Assembly (NCBI RefSeq): GCF_009834535.1
Contig: NC_045697.1
Location: forward strand, 17,362,001-17,426,000
Length of the DNA stretch: 64,000 nt
Source of the DNA: Camelus ferus
Lineage: Eukaryota
Direction: 5' to 3'
A program made the translations under genes and the position numbers. The notes beneath the pieces are model-generated. The model did not search any database, was not told where the DNA came from, and saw only the letters and a list, made by a program, of their open reading frames with translations. Position 1 is the first letter of the stretch. The number at the start of each line of letters is the position of its first letter. Positions 13,851 through 28,017 of the stretch are shown one piece after another.

Positions 13851-15849
13851 TTAAAGCATTCCCAGACAAGATCTGGAGAATGACTCCATCAATATATCTA
13901 TTCATATTTCTAAGAATAGCATTAAGAAGGGAACTGGGTCTTGAAATATGCAGGCTACTGGCTTGTTCAAGCCAAGGATCAGTTTTAACGTATACTTTCA
14001 TCTTCTTCCCTTCATCCATTTGTGGCCATCTTCCTAAAAACTGATACCTAGCCCTCAGTTCTACACATTATACTGAGTGATTTTATTGATTCTTCTAAGA
14101 TTATATACAACACATCAAATGTCAATCCTAACTCTAGTCCCACCCTGACCTTGTGGTCATTTCCACTTGAAGAATGAATAATTTATTGGTATTCTAAAGT
14201 CAGTAAATTCAAAACCATTTCTCACCTTCCTCCAAATAACAGTAACATCCTAACTCCAATCTGTCCTTTATTCTCTATTCTACCACCCTACACACTCAAA
14301 ATTTTGCTATAACCTCCTACAAAGTCTGTCATCAACATTCTCACCAGACAGGACATTTCTGTAAAATTCCTTGTCATTCCCCTTCAACTAAAAAGCTCTG
14401 ATGCCTCCCCCACTTACAGCAAGATAAAGTCCATTCTACTATTTCAGTCTCACCTGCCCCACTTCCCTCCTCAAACACACCCTATACTCTGGCTAGGGCA
14501 TAAAACGCTTTCCCTTCTCTCTAAACATGTGCCCTTGCTCATGCTGTACCTTTGGCTGAACTAGCTTTAGTTTGTAATATAAGGATACAGTAAGTGCATA
14601 CCAAGTTGCAGTGTGAAATGTCTTTACTGTGAGTCCCAGTCCAAAGTTAAATTTCTTTAAATTTTGTTTGGAGCATTTCATTTCCTGATATGCACAAAAA
14701 GATAACCAAAAAATGGCTGCTACTCTTAAAGGTTTTGAGTCAAAGTTACTAATATGCCAAAAAAGCATGTGTGAAATTCACTATTTAAACTCTTCAATTT
14801 TCCTTTGAATCCCCCAAATGCTCTGCAATCTTAAGTATCCAAGTAGTCTACTTCAAATTAAAAAAAACAAAAAAAAACCACCCAAATACTAATCCAAATA
14901 ATCACAAACCTCTTGCTGCGAGTTCACTTGACCTTTTCTTCTACACTAACTACTACTAAATAAACTCATCTCTGAAATAAGGTTAACCATATAAGACAAC
15001 AGAAAAGCAGTATGAAATATACTTTGGCTATGAGACAAAGGGACAATGTTTTAAATAATGAACGCTCCTATGACTACTTACATAACCCAGGGGAACCCAC
15101 TAAACTTTTCTTAAGACTTTCATAAATCTAAGCTTGATTCTGCTCATCTGTAAAATGGTGATTAACAACTTCCTTGCATGGATGTTGAAAAACTTAAAAG
15201 AGGTAACACAAAGTACAGAGTGCCTGGCCCTACTCAACTGCTGATTAAATGGGTGCTATTAATACTATGCAAACTAGATAAACCATTGAAATAATTATTA
15301 AAAATACTATGGTATTAGTAAGTTTAGAATTACAGTTTTTCATGTTATTTAATTCTTTAAATTCCCATAAGGTGGTAAAAAATAAACCAACAGTTTCAGT
15401 TGCTAACATCAACATTACATTTTCCTTCACTTAAAAGAAAAATCATACTCACTAAAGGCTCAGTCTTTAATAAAAGCCTCCAATTTGGGTTCCTATTGTA
15501 GTCTTCAAAATGTCTCCATGAAATACTCAAACTGATAGATTTGTGGTATACGCAGCTTTAAAAAAAGGATAACCTGTATATGCAGTATGCTCAAATCTAA
15601 ACATGTATCATAGGTACACGAACATGGAAAAACAGGCTGGTAGGAAAAAAACCAGAAAAAGTATTTCTGCATGGTAAGATGAGTAATCATTAAATTCAAT
15701 ACTTCCCTGAATTTTCCAAATTTTCTACAATGGCCAGGGACTGCTACTTTTGTCATTTCCTAGAAATTTTCTAGTGGGTCAGGCTTAAGTATCTGAAAAT
15801 ATGGTTACCTCACTCATAGCAAGAAACTGCAAATTAAAAAACACTGAAA

Positions 15850-16022
15850 GGGGGGAGGGTATAGCTCAAGTGGTAGAGCACATGCTTAGCAAGCATGAGG
15901 TCCTAGGTTCAATCCCCAGTACCTCCTCTAAAAATAAATAAACCTAATTACCTCCCCCACCCCTGCCAAAGTAATTAAATAGTGTAATAATAAATAAATA
16001 AAATGTATTTTAAAAAATAAAT
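15850..16022 (+). mobile_element. tRNA-derived SINE, camelid Vic-1-like
   Basis: A box TAGCTCAAGTGG, B box GGTTCAATCC, body TAAACCTAATTACCTCCCC, A-rich tail, TSD ~ACACTGAAA. Confidence 0.88.
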
Positions 16023-16860
16023 TAAAAAAATACACTGAAATAGCATTTTTCACCTATTAGACTTACAAAAGTTCAAGTTCAGCAGTACACTTTGGTGGTT
16101 TCCCACATATGTTCCCATACATGCTCAGGAAGGGTAAACTGATGTATTCCCTACAGAAAGCTATTTGGCTGTATGTATCACAATTACAAACAATCCTCTG
16201 ACCCAGCAATTTCTACTTCTAGGATTTTACCCTCAGGATATCCCTGCCATGCAGAACAACCAACAGAAGCAGCCTGGATGTCTATAACATGGGCCCAGTA
16301 AATAACAGCTCATCCATGTTTGAAAAAATATCCTAAATATATTACTAATTAGACGCTAATAAGTGTTTAGCTGTGTATGTGTGGGGGCACACTATTGGAT
16401 GAAGGTCATGAGTAGAGACTTTAGCTCTTCTATTTTTTGAAAAGAATAGATAATGTTCGCATGGTTCAAAACAATTACAAAAACAAAAATAAAACAAATG
16501 AGAATGATGAAAACAAAAACTACTCCAATGGTTCCACCCAAGCACTGGAAAACAAACCTTGTACTCCCAAATACGTACCACCTCTGAGTCAAAGTGGGAG
16601 AGCATCACTCTGCCATAATTTACCATAATTAACATAACAAAACTGGAAAAAAAACAGTACTGCTCTTTTCCCAAAGGGACTCAGGAAAGTATCTCCCTAC
16701 AGGATTCCCACCCTATTTAAGTCACTAAAAAGTACTGAACACAAAAGCAGCTAAGCTTCAAAATGTTCTGACAGATAGACAGACAATGGGAATGACCACT
16801 AGGATCAAATAAGCGACTTAGTAAACTTAAACATTAGCAAAACATGTACCATGGTATTCA

Positions 16861-17325
<465 letters not shown>

Positions 17326-19171
17326 TCAGATTCTGAATTTTATGCAAAATGTTTATGGCAGCATTATAGTCACAAAGAAAGTAAATGTCCAACTACCAAC
17401 CAAATTGATATAAAACTCTATGAATTACCTAAGCAGCAGAAACAATAAAAAAGAACTTGTAATTAAGGATTCTCTATGCCTCATCCATACACATCTTTCC
17501 CTCTTTGGTAATGCTTCAAATTCTGTTAAGGGACAGTCTCTTTCCACCTTTACCCATCAGCTGAGATAACACAAGAACTCTGTCTTCCGCGTGTAAAATC
17601 CCTTCCTACCTGTAAGTTAAAGACTGAAGACGGTGTGGGGGGAAAAGGTTAAGGACAAATTAAGCAAAAAGAGGATGGCATCACAATCTTTCCCAGAATC
17701 TCTGTAAGTTACAAGAAAAGTATTTTTGCACTTAAAGTATGTTCAAAATTAAGCGAGAACTTATTGCTTCTGGCCACAATTCCACCTCACATTACAGTAA
17801 TACAAATATGAGTTAAAGGATTGGAATGTTTGACACTTCCTCAATTTTGTTCAATTAACAGATATTGCTCTGTAAGAAAAACTGAAATTTTAGTTTTTTA
17901 AATTCTTGTTTTCATTGTTTACCCTTGCATGTATCCTTAAAAGCAACAGTTAAACACTGGTAGTACTTTGTAAAAACCTACGTATACTTTGGTCATCCAT
18001 AAAGTGAAATGTAGTTCATTAAAAACAAGCTTCATTGAACACTATTAAGTTGTTTAAAATACTTAAAATTATGCAGTTGGTCACCATATTAATCTTAGAT
18101 CAATTAAGTGGCCAATTCTAAGATCTACTTCTAGTTACTACAGACAATCCCTTGAATACAGTTAATAATTTTAAAATAACCTATGCTTATTCACTCTACT
18201 AATCCAGTTTACTTCAGATCAAGTCCTGTAGCTGACAACTCTGCCACATGGTATTTGGACTCAGATTTGAAATAATGAGGCAACATGGAACTATGACACA
18301 AGTTGCTAAACATATCATTGTTCCTTATTTATAACACACAAAAGACATACACATTTCCCATGCCCCAATTAGGGAAGAGCATTCATTCTCTGTAATAAAA
18401 CATCAGCTGGGCAACAGTAACCACCCCCTTAGTAGAATACAGCTAAAATGCTGAACCCAGCATGATTTAGGATGGTTCCCCAATTACAGAAATGGTAAAC
18501 TGACCAATTATATTTGATCTTGTCCCTTCTAAAATATATTCTATTCCACAGGGATTTACCTAAAGAGAGAAAAGCCTTATTATATGTGTACACTTAAATA
18601 TTCACACATACATATTTTCCACATACGTATATGTAATAAGTGATTCTTCCTTCTCCCATCCCAATGTCCATCTTCTACAGAATTATAGTACAAGCTATGA
18701 TTGAAACTTCTCATTTCAACTGGCACAAAGAGAGAGAAAGCAAAGAGAAAAGGAACCCAAAGGATAACCCAACATACAAAATGAAATTTCACAATTCAGA
18801 ACTTGAGCTTCCTACCTTCTCTGAAATATGACATCAACCATCGTTTCTTTGCTTCTCTCATTCTGCCTCTGGTCTCAGATGCTTATTAATTAAATAAGAA
18901 TCCTTAAAGAACATCTGGTCTAAATAAAAAGGATTCTTGTTTCTAATCTACTGTGGCGTGGGGTGATTTATGAACTTTTATACTTCCATCACAGTACCAG
19001 GCTCTTACCACACGGACCAAACCTTTCAACAGTAATATAAAATATGGGGCATGGAGAGTGATGGACAAAGTAAATCATATATCACCTGCTTTGTTACAAT
19101 AATACCTAAACTAACAAAGATGTTTTTCAAGGGCCTATTTCAACAGAAACTTCATTACCAAAAATAACTAC

Positions 19172-19336
19172 GGGGGGGGGAGGGTATAGCTTAGTGGTAG
19201 AGTGTGTGCATAGCATGCAGGAGGTCCTGGGTTCAATCCCTAGCACCTCCATTAAAAATAAACAAACCTAATTACCTCCCTCCATCAAAAACCAAAACCA
19301 AAAACAACAAATTTTTTTAAAAATAAAAAATATTAA
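19172..19336 (+). mobile_element. tRNA-derived SINE, Vic-1-like
   Basis: Same head and body. TSD AAAAATAACTAC at 19160-19171 and 19337-19348. Confidence 0.9.
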
Positions 19337-22300
19337 AAAAATAACTACAGCAGAGGAAGCATAAAATACATTCTGCAGACGCAAAGATTAAGTGCTGACC
19401 ATGAACTGGGGTTTAACTGTGATATAAGAGTAAAAGGAGCACCTAGATCACAGTTGCAAAACAATTGCAAAGATACAGGCTTCAATTTACAAATGTGCAA
19501 AGTGAGAAGTATTAATAAAGAAGTCTCTTAGATTAAAATATGAAAGCAATCAGAAGAATACAGAAGGCAAATTACCTTGAAATGTTGCCTGTGATTCAAA
19601 CTATCTACCTTCCATGGGAGAAGGATGGTAAAAATTAAGGGTCAGTTAAGAGGAGCTCAAACCATTTGCTTCATAAATATATGCAGAATATTGTGTATAC
19701 AAACAGGAACTTCTGTTATAAAGGAGTTAGTTGCTTAAAAGATTTACTTAAATTTTTTTAAACAGACACTTTTATTATAAAGGAACTGGATGCTTAAAGA
19801 TTTACTAATTGAGGTATAATGCTTAAAAAACTAATTATCTAAGTAGTGCTTTATAATCACTTAGCCACAATACTGGCAGGGAGAGACACAACAGGACACA
19901 GTTGTTGAGTGTATGGTTCAGTATTCAATCTCAGTTTAATCCTGGCTCAGCACTTAAGCTAACTATATGACCATAGTTATTTCTTTCCTTATCTATAAAA
20001 TGTGGCTATTCACAAGCCTTGTCAGGCATTGCAAGAATTAAATGAGTTAATGTACGTAATGTGCTCAAAGTAGTGCCTGGAACATAATAAATACCCAATA
20101 AATACTGGTTATAACTTTTTTTTTAATTCAAAATGCCATGTTAGAATTCTACCTGGGAGTAACAGAAACTGAAGAAATGCTAATGAAGATGTAAACTGGT
20201 CACCAAAATCATAGTATTTTAAATAAGCAGTGCTTTTTATCTGGCAATCTCACACCCAAGGACTTCTCCTAAGGATCTAAGCTTGCAGATATGTACACAG
20301 AAGGATGTTCATCACACTTTTCACTCACAAAATAAGGCTAAGAAATTACCAAAGCATCAGTGAACAGGGAATTGGTTGAGTAAGTTATGATGCCCCTTTA
20401 CAAGCGGAATACTATGCAGTCAATGAAAAGAATGTTTATCTATTCCATAGTTTGACATATTTCCAAGTGAATAAAAGTCAAAGCACAAAGTAATACATAT
20501 TAAAAGATCACGTTGATAATGTTAAAATTCATATTCGTTAATAAATATGCAGATATCTCTAAAAAAGATGGGGATGAGGATTTGGGGGAATTTTTTGCCC
20601 CTTTCTTTGCATCTTTATCAATGGATATTTGTGTTCCCTGTGGCAAATTACTTCATCTAAATCACAGGATTGTAGTGAAAATGTGTTTATATACAAATCA
20701 TCTAAAACAGTTTTGGGAACACTCTACATGTTATCATCTTATCACTATATTTCTTTCACATTTTTAACAGGAAAAGCTCTTAACATGAAGCAATTAACAG
20801 AAACTAACAAAGTGAAAAATGTCCCTATCTTCAAAAAGCTTTTTCCGTACTTCCCGAGTAGGTTGTCTTTTGGTTAACAATTTTACACAAAAAATGTTGT
20901 GGGATGATGAAAAAAGGAGTAAGGTCAGTATGTAACAAATTTTCAACTTTTCTACCTGACTCCAAAATTAAAATACAGCAGGAGTAATAAAGCCATATAT
21001 AGTTTGGGAGCTTGAATGTGAATAAAATCTCTCACTGGATTATCTTCCATTCTCAGTTGTAGGGAAAATGGGACAGCCATGTTTGCTAGTGGAGTTCACA
21101 AGACTGTCAAGTCTACCCTCTCACATAAAACCACCTGCTAACAGGACTTTAAAAAAAAAAAAAAACCTTCAAGACTGCAGAGGAGTCAACAAAAATGACT
21201 TTTTAAATCATTAAATATTTTTTTAAAAGGCACTAATAAATACTGTAAACCCACAGCTAAATAAAGTTCTACGAGAAATGACATTCAGGTGACATAAAAA
21301 TGAGTTTACAAATGTCCCTCCAGAATACCTCAGAACTTTGGCTTTATTCCAAAGACAAGCTCTCTGTCTACAGGTAGATGACATATATAATATCCCACAG
21401 AATCATAAAGATACTATCAAAAACCTAAAAAAGCCCACATTTTTACTAAGGATGTAGGATTTACAAGGGAAGGGGAGCAACCCCATGCACATATAATGGG
21501 ACCACTAATCCCAAGAAAAGCATTTAAATGGTGCACATTCACACAAATATGAGTAAGTGAATTCATTCCCTCCCAGTATATATTTTTTTTCCAATCTGAA
21601 CTCTGAGAGACATCAGCTGCATCTTAGCCAGATGACAAGCAATTTATTTTTGCTTTACAGGAACGAAGAACCAAGTGTTCCCCACTTTACTAACTCATAA
21701 ATATCACTAAAATAGGCTGTAAAGACTCTTAACAGTATTAGTCTGGGTGCTGCATTGGAAAAACAACAGGCTAAAAATGAAAATTAGATCCAGATATAAA
21801 TTGTGTAAGGTTGCACAAAGCCACCTTAACAACTCTGGGTCTCCATTTCTCATCCCTTGAGCGGAGCTGATTACACTCTCTTTAAAGTCACCTCCAGTGT
21901 AAAGACCTCATGCCTTGTAGCTCAAATGCGTTCAAGTTTTGCCCGGGGGGGGGGGGGCGGTTGAACGGACCTAAAAAGAGAAAACTGACGTCTAACATTT
22001 AATAATAAAAATCGACTTTCATGTTTTTGCCTAAATTATCCAAATAAGTCTCTGTACTTCAAGAATGAAAGCACACAGTGGACAAGGAATGATTCTGATG
22101 CAACTGCTAAAATGACCTGTTAAATTCCTTTGTACCTATAAGAAAACGCTAAGTAGAAAGTAATCTGAAACACCACGAGTCTGTGTATTTCAACTCCCAA
22201 ACCATCTCCACAAGGGTGATATTTTGCCATAAATAGCAGAAACTTTTGAAAAGGGTCTTCTTGTTTTCAAAGCTACTTATGAAGGAAAGCGGGAGGGGGT

Positions 22301-23162
22301 ACAAAACAAGAACTTACTGGGAAAAAAAGAATGCCTTCTAATTTCTATCCCAGGGATGCTCTATAACTACTTTCAGCCAAAGCAGGAAATAAAGGAGATG
22401 GCGGGAGCGTGGGCAGAGAGCGGAAGTTTGCCTAGTACCTACTTTGAAGTGTTTGAATGGACCGAGGTACGCGCTCTCCCGCCAAACTATAAACTGAACC
22501 GCTCAAAACCTCCAGCCCTCCAGCCTATCATGTATATTCCACGTTTATCCTTTCTCCCGGAAGGCCCTCTACTCACCCTTTCCCCGAGAACTGCTCGTCT
22601 GCATGCCTCACTCAACTCCCGCCACCCCCATCCCAGCCTACACAAGGATCCACGCGCTTCTCTCACTTTCCGGCCTCCGCCTCTCCCCTTGCTGGGCACC
22701 CAGCCGCCCCCGCAAGGCCCTCTCCCCTACACCTCGGCCTGAGAAGTACCTGGTGCCCTTGGACACGAATACTCCCGCCGCGCCCTCCCCCACCCTCTCC
22801 CCAGGCTCCAGGCCTTAGCCGGGAGCCCAGGCCACGAGGTCCGCGTTCCCTCCCGTCCGCTCCCCTCGAAACGACTCCTGCTCGACTCCGCCCGGAGAGG
22901 AGACGCCCTCGTGGCCACGACAGGCCTCTCCGCTCTCCCGACTGGGCCGGGCGGCGGCCGCGCCACTCAGCTCCCCGCGCCCTTGCAGGGCCGAATGCCG
23001 GAGGTAGCGCCGCTTTCCTGCACCACGCCGCTAGTGACCCGAGCCCAGAGAGAAACAAAAGGTCAGGCCCCGGGGCCCGCTCGGCCTGGCCCACCCTAGC
23101 CCGCTTCCCGCCGGGACTCCAACAAAGCCCGAGCCGCCGACTCGCGCCCCCGGCCTGGCTTA

Positions 23163-23410
<248 letters not shown>

Positions 23411-25325
23411 GGGCCTGCGCGCGCGCTTCCGCGGTATGCTGTACGTGTGTGCGTGCGTGCGTGCGTAGTGAGCGCGCACGCACCGGAGGCGGGAACTCCA
23501 GCCCCGCCCGCTGCCTCGTTGGCCCGCCCTTCTTCCTCCCTACCGGCCTCCTCCCTCTTGCTGGCACCTTCCGCCTTCTTAGCGAGTGTTAGGCTGGGAG
23601 GGGTTTTATGGCCTTCCCGCCCTTCTGGTTTAGGAAAGTGAGAAAGGAAAAAGTCCAGTCCTAGTTAGGAAATCCTGTCTATCTACATTACCCTGGCATT
23701 AGGAGAATCTGAGACACAAAGAAATTGAAAAACTAATCAAGATTATACAGCTGATAAGGGGCAGAGCCAGGATCAGAACCAACTGTAACTCCAGATCTAA
23801 AACTGGAAGCCATTCTCAGTTGCAGTGGGGAAGCTGAGGTGAGAAAATGTCAAGATTTACCATAATACATTTTGCCTTTTTTTACCGCGTCCTGACAATA
23901 TGCACTCAACCTATTGATGTTTTTACTAGAATAGAGAAAATTCGCAGTAAGAGCGAATTTTTTTTCCTGTGTGCCCATTATGTGCTTCCACAGTGTTAAC
24001 CCTACCTCTCTTCTCACTGTTACAGTTACCCTGCAAGGTAAGTGTTACTTTATGGATGTGGACACTAAGACTATGAGAGGTTATGTCACAGCCATTAGGG
24101 CTGTCCCTAAAGCCGTAGCAAATTGTAGGGGTAGAATGATTCTATGACTTCTGTAAGTCTCTCCGCCCAGAACCTGTCTGCTTTCTCAGTTGCATTCATT
24201 CCCGAAAGAAACAGTCAAGAAAAAGATCTGTGGACGAACCCAAGCTGGGTGATCTCTCTAGTCTGTGCAGTGGTTGTATGGATGCTCTGGAAGACCACAT
24301 TCGGGTTCTTATCAGAGCCTCAAAACTGCAATCCCTAAGGTTAAATACAACTTTAAAATTGCAGCTTATAAAGAGGATTTTTATTTTTGTACCAATCCAT
24401 GTTCCAAAGTCAGCACAGAGAAAAGTGAATAGCTTCACTTATAAAATACTTGGTACAATATTCTACTCTAAAAGTACGTAACAGTATATTGACTTCTGTC
24501 AGAGATCATGATGCATAATCTCTGAATTGTAAACCTGAAAGAATTGCCAGCTGATATTCTCTTTATGCTTGATTTTACAAATGAGTAAACCTGAACCCTA
24601 AGTTACACCCAAGTCCACACAGCCAGTTAGTGTCAAAGTCAGAATTAAAATCCAGATTTCACTCTCACAATTCCAGGTCTCCAGGTTCCCAGTTTGAGAG
24701 CTACTAAAAAGCGCTCTAAGATTTAGGGGAAATAGTGAGGGAAAAGGTTAGAATTCTACTGCAGAAGTGTTCCACCCTAAGAGGCATCAGCCTCTCATAA
24801 ATGTGCAAGGGAACTTGATAAAGGAGGAACTGAAATCAAGGTGGTAAGACTTCTTCCTTGGGCCTAGGGTATATTTAAAGACAGCTGTAGTCTAATCAGT
24901 TGCATTGTGACCTGAATGACTGAAGAGAGGCTGTATTTACCTAACAGTAGTAGCCGTTCTGGAATCTGCAACAAGGTAGCAAAGGGCCAGAATCTGCCAG
25001 GATGTTTCCACTCCCTGTGTGGAAGGGTAGAGTTCTGGGTCCGAATGATCTACCCGAGATTTTTAGGCAGAATGGTCCTAGAAGAGAAAAGAGCTATCCA
25101 CCAGCTCCCTTACAGCTTCCTGGAAATGTTGCCAGAGGATATTTCCTTTACTTGTTGTCTACCTGACAACTCTCCAGTCTATTATTTGGTCTATGGCATG
25201 AATTTACTCACCTAGAAGGAATGTCTTATGCAGCTAACCAGCTCCGGGTGTCAAGCCAGAGATGTCTCCCAACCTAAATTAATAAATAATAATGATATTA
25301 GCTAACACATTTAAGCCCTTACTGA

Positions 25326-25327
<2 letters not shown>

Positions 25328-25383
<56 letters not shown>
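25328..25383 (+). repeat. (AC)28 perfect microsatellite within a MIR-like element
   Basis: Repeat read directly. The flanks resemble MIR. Confidence 0.95.
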
Positions 25384-25386
<3 letters not shown>

Positions 25387-25799
25387 CCTATTGAATCCTT
25401 ACAGCAACTTTAACCTGGGTTCTGTAAGTTAGACTTGTTTACAGGTGAGGAGACTGTTCACCAAGGGGTGAAGTATTATGGCCAAGATGATAGTTCTGAG
25501 TTCATCCCAGAACAGTCTGTGTGCTTAAGGGCAGTGTTGTGCTGCTACTGATAAATAGGTATTCATATTCTACATTATTCTTCTAGGGTTTGGTTATTGA
25601 GGAAAAGTTCCCCCAGTGAGATAAGCTCAACATAAATCGATAAACTGAAGTCTCTACATTGTCCAAGGGGAGGACATGTTTACAGAGCTCTCAATGGATG
25701 GATCAGGATTTAAAGGATTTGAACCCAGTCTGCCTCCAGAGCCACATGCTTAACCACTACACTGTGTCACTGTTATCTATCCCTTAATTATTTCATGTA

Positions 25800-26355
25800 C
25801 TTATTCACTCAACAAATATTTATTAAACTCCCATGTGAGGCATTGCATTAAGTGCTGGAGTAAAGGGAAGAACAAGATAGCCATAGTTCCTGGCTTCATG
25901 ACCTGATCAGAGGGAGAGAGGCAGGCATTTAACAGCTAACACAGATAACTATATCTGGTAAGTGTTTTTTAGGCCATCTAAAGAGGACAGGCACTGGGAG
26001 AACATATAACAGGTGGCCCTTGTCTGGAGTGAGGGTTAAGAAAGACCTCTCTGAGAAAGGGACATTTAAACAAAGACCTAAAAAATCAGTACAAATTGGT
26101 CACACAAAGAGGGAGGAAGGCATTCCAAACAGAGGAAGCAGCCTGTGCAAAGGCCCTGAAACTTTAAAAAGTCATATGCAATCCATAGACAGAGAGAACA
26201 TGGGTGCAGTGAGATGAGGAAGACACGATCCTGCAGATGCAAGAAGGGGCTGTTTCACGCAGAGACTGAATTGTCCTGCTAATGATGTTAAGACTATCCT
26301 TCCCAAGAGCAATAGGAAGACATCGAAAAAATTTAATTAGGAAAACGATGTGATC
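25800..26355 (-). mobile_element. L2 3' fragment
   Basis: ATTCACTCAACAAATATTTATT tail and CCAAACAGAGGAAGCAGCCTGTGCAAAGGCCCTGA motif. Confidence 0.7.
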
Positions 26356-26771
26356 ACTAATGAGGATTTGCCAGGATCAACCAGCCAATCTCCCTCTTTG
26401 AATTCTCTTTAGCTGCAAAGTGCTTACAAATTCAAAAGAATCTTCAGGACTGCTTTTAATCACCCTGTCCTCTGTCTACCATTTAATAGAAATAGTTACA
26501 AAGTGTAGTGGGCCCTATGACTGGGATGAAAATCCTGCTTCAAGAATGAAAGACATCTCTCAGTTTCTAGGAGTGCTACCTGCAGACAACCCTCAGCTGT
26601 CTGCTCCCTCCAGGAACTTCCTTGATTAAACTGAGCTGCCCAAAGGCAGCCTGAAGACACTGTGGAGGTATAAAGTTCTGACCCCTCTCCCAGGCTTGGG
26701 GTAACGGTGAGCTTCAGAACATCAGAGCGTTCTGTGTGATCAGCTGAGGCTCTTGTTATGATGACATCTCT

Positions 26772-27510
26772 TGTGTTGCAATGCATTTTGGCCACTAACC
26801 ACCCAGAGTTAGCTCAGACCCCACAGTTTAAGGGCATAGTCCCCAAGAAGACTACCCTTATTCCAGATGCCATCCACAAGTTCAGGGATCTCTGGGCCAC
26901 CTGCACTTCTGACCAACTGGCTGTGAATTTGGGGTTTCCCACAACCCTGTCAGGTTCAATAATTTGCTAGAATAAAGATTCACAGAACTCAAGAAAGTGC
27001 TGCACTTATGATTACAATTTTACTATAAAGGGTATAAATCAGAACAGCCAAATGAAGAGATACATAGGGTAAAGTCTTAGAGGGTCCTGAGCACAGAGCT
27101 GCTGTGCCCACTCTCTATGGAATTAGGACATGCCACCCTCCTGGCACATCAGTGTGTTGTTCACAAACCAGGAAGCTCCACTGAGCTTCTGTGTCCTGAG
27201 TTTGTACTGGGGTTCCCTTACACAGCCATAATTGAATCATTGGCCCTATGATTGACCTCAATCTCTAGCCCCCTTCAGAGGTCAAAAATTTGGGCTAATA
27301 ATCACATGGCTCAAAGCCTCAACTCTTTAATCACATGGTTGATCTTTCTGGCATGACTAGCCCTCATCCTGAATCGTCTCATTAGCATAAACTCAGGTGT
27401 GGTCCAAGAACCCACCATAAATAGCAAATGCATTCCTATCCCATGGGAAATTCCAGTGGTTTAGAAGTTACCTCCCAGGAACCAGAGACAAGTTCTTTTA
27501 TCTATGACAG
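26772..27510 (-). mobile_element. MER21-like solo LTR inserted in the ERV-L 5' LTR
   Basis: GGCCACCTGCACTTCTGACCAACTGGCT...CAGGTTCAATAATTTGCTAGAA...CACAGAACTCAAGAAAG matches the MER21 family. Confidence 0.75.
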
Positions 27511-27870
27511 AATCATGGCCCAGTTTTTCCCTCTGTCTGATCCTACTTCTGTGCCTTCCCTTCCACTTGTGTTGATCCTAAGTGTACTCCCTAATAAGCT
27601 TCCAGAACACTAATCTTTGCTTCAGAGTCTGCTTCTCATAGAACCCAACCTAAAAGATTTCGTGCCAGAAATGGTCCAAGAAAGCAGATACTATGATTGA
27701 ATTTTGGAGTTTGCCACCAATTTCATTGGCTGGCAATGAATTAGTGGTGACAGGTGGAACATAGCCGCCACAAGAAAGCAGGGCAGTTGTTAGTTTTCAA
27801 CCGTAGTGCACTGGAAAAGATCAGGTACAGTTGCCAAAGTATAAGGGAAATAGCATTTATAAGAACATTG

Positions 27871-28017
27871 GAGGGGGAAGGGTATAGCTCAGTGGTAGAG
27901 TGTGGGCTTAGCATGCACGAGGTCCAGGATTCAATCCCCAGTACCTCTGTTTAAATAAATAAATAAATCTAATTACCTCCCCCCACCAAAAAACCAAACA
28001 AAACAGAAAAAGTTAAA
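27871..28017 (+). mobile_element. tRNA-derived SINE, Vic-1-like, inserted in the ERV-L
   Basis: Same head and body. TSD ~AAGAACAT. Confidence 0.88.

Noticed and set aside
13655..14044. Overlapping 129-aa and 111-aa ORFs
   Set aside because: They overlap a Charlie-like transposon relic, and I recognise no protein motif.
19172..19251. Apparent tRNA-Ala(AGC) gene (likewise at 15850, 27871, 37592)
   Set aside because: Each copy has a SINE body, an A-rich tail and a TSD, plus stem mismatches. These are SINE heads, not tRNA genes.
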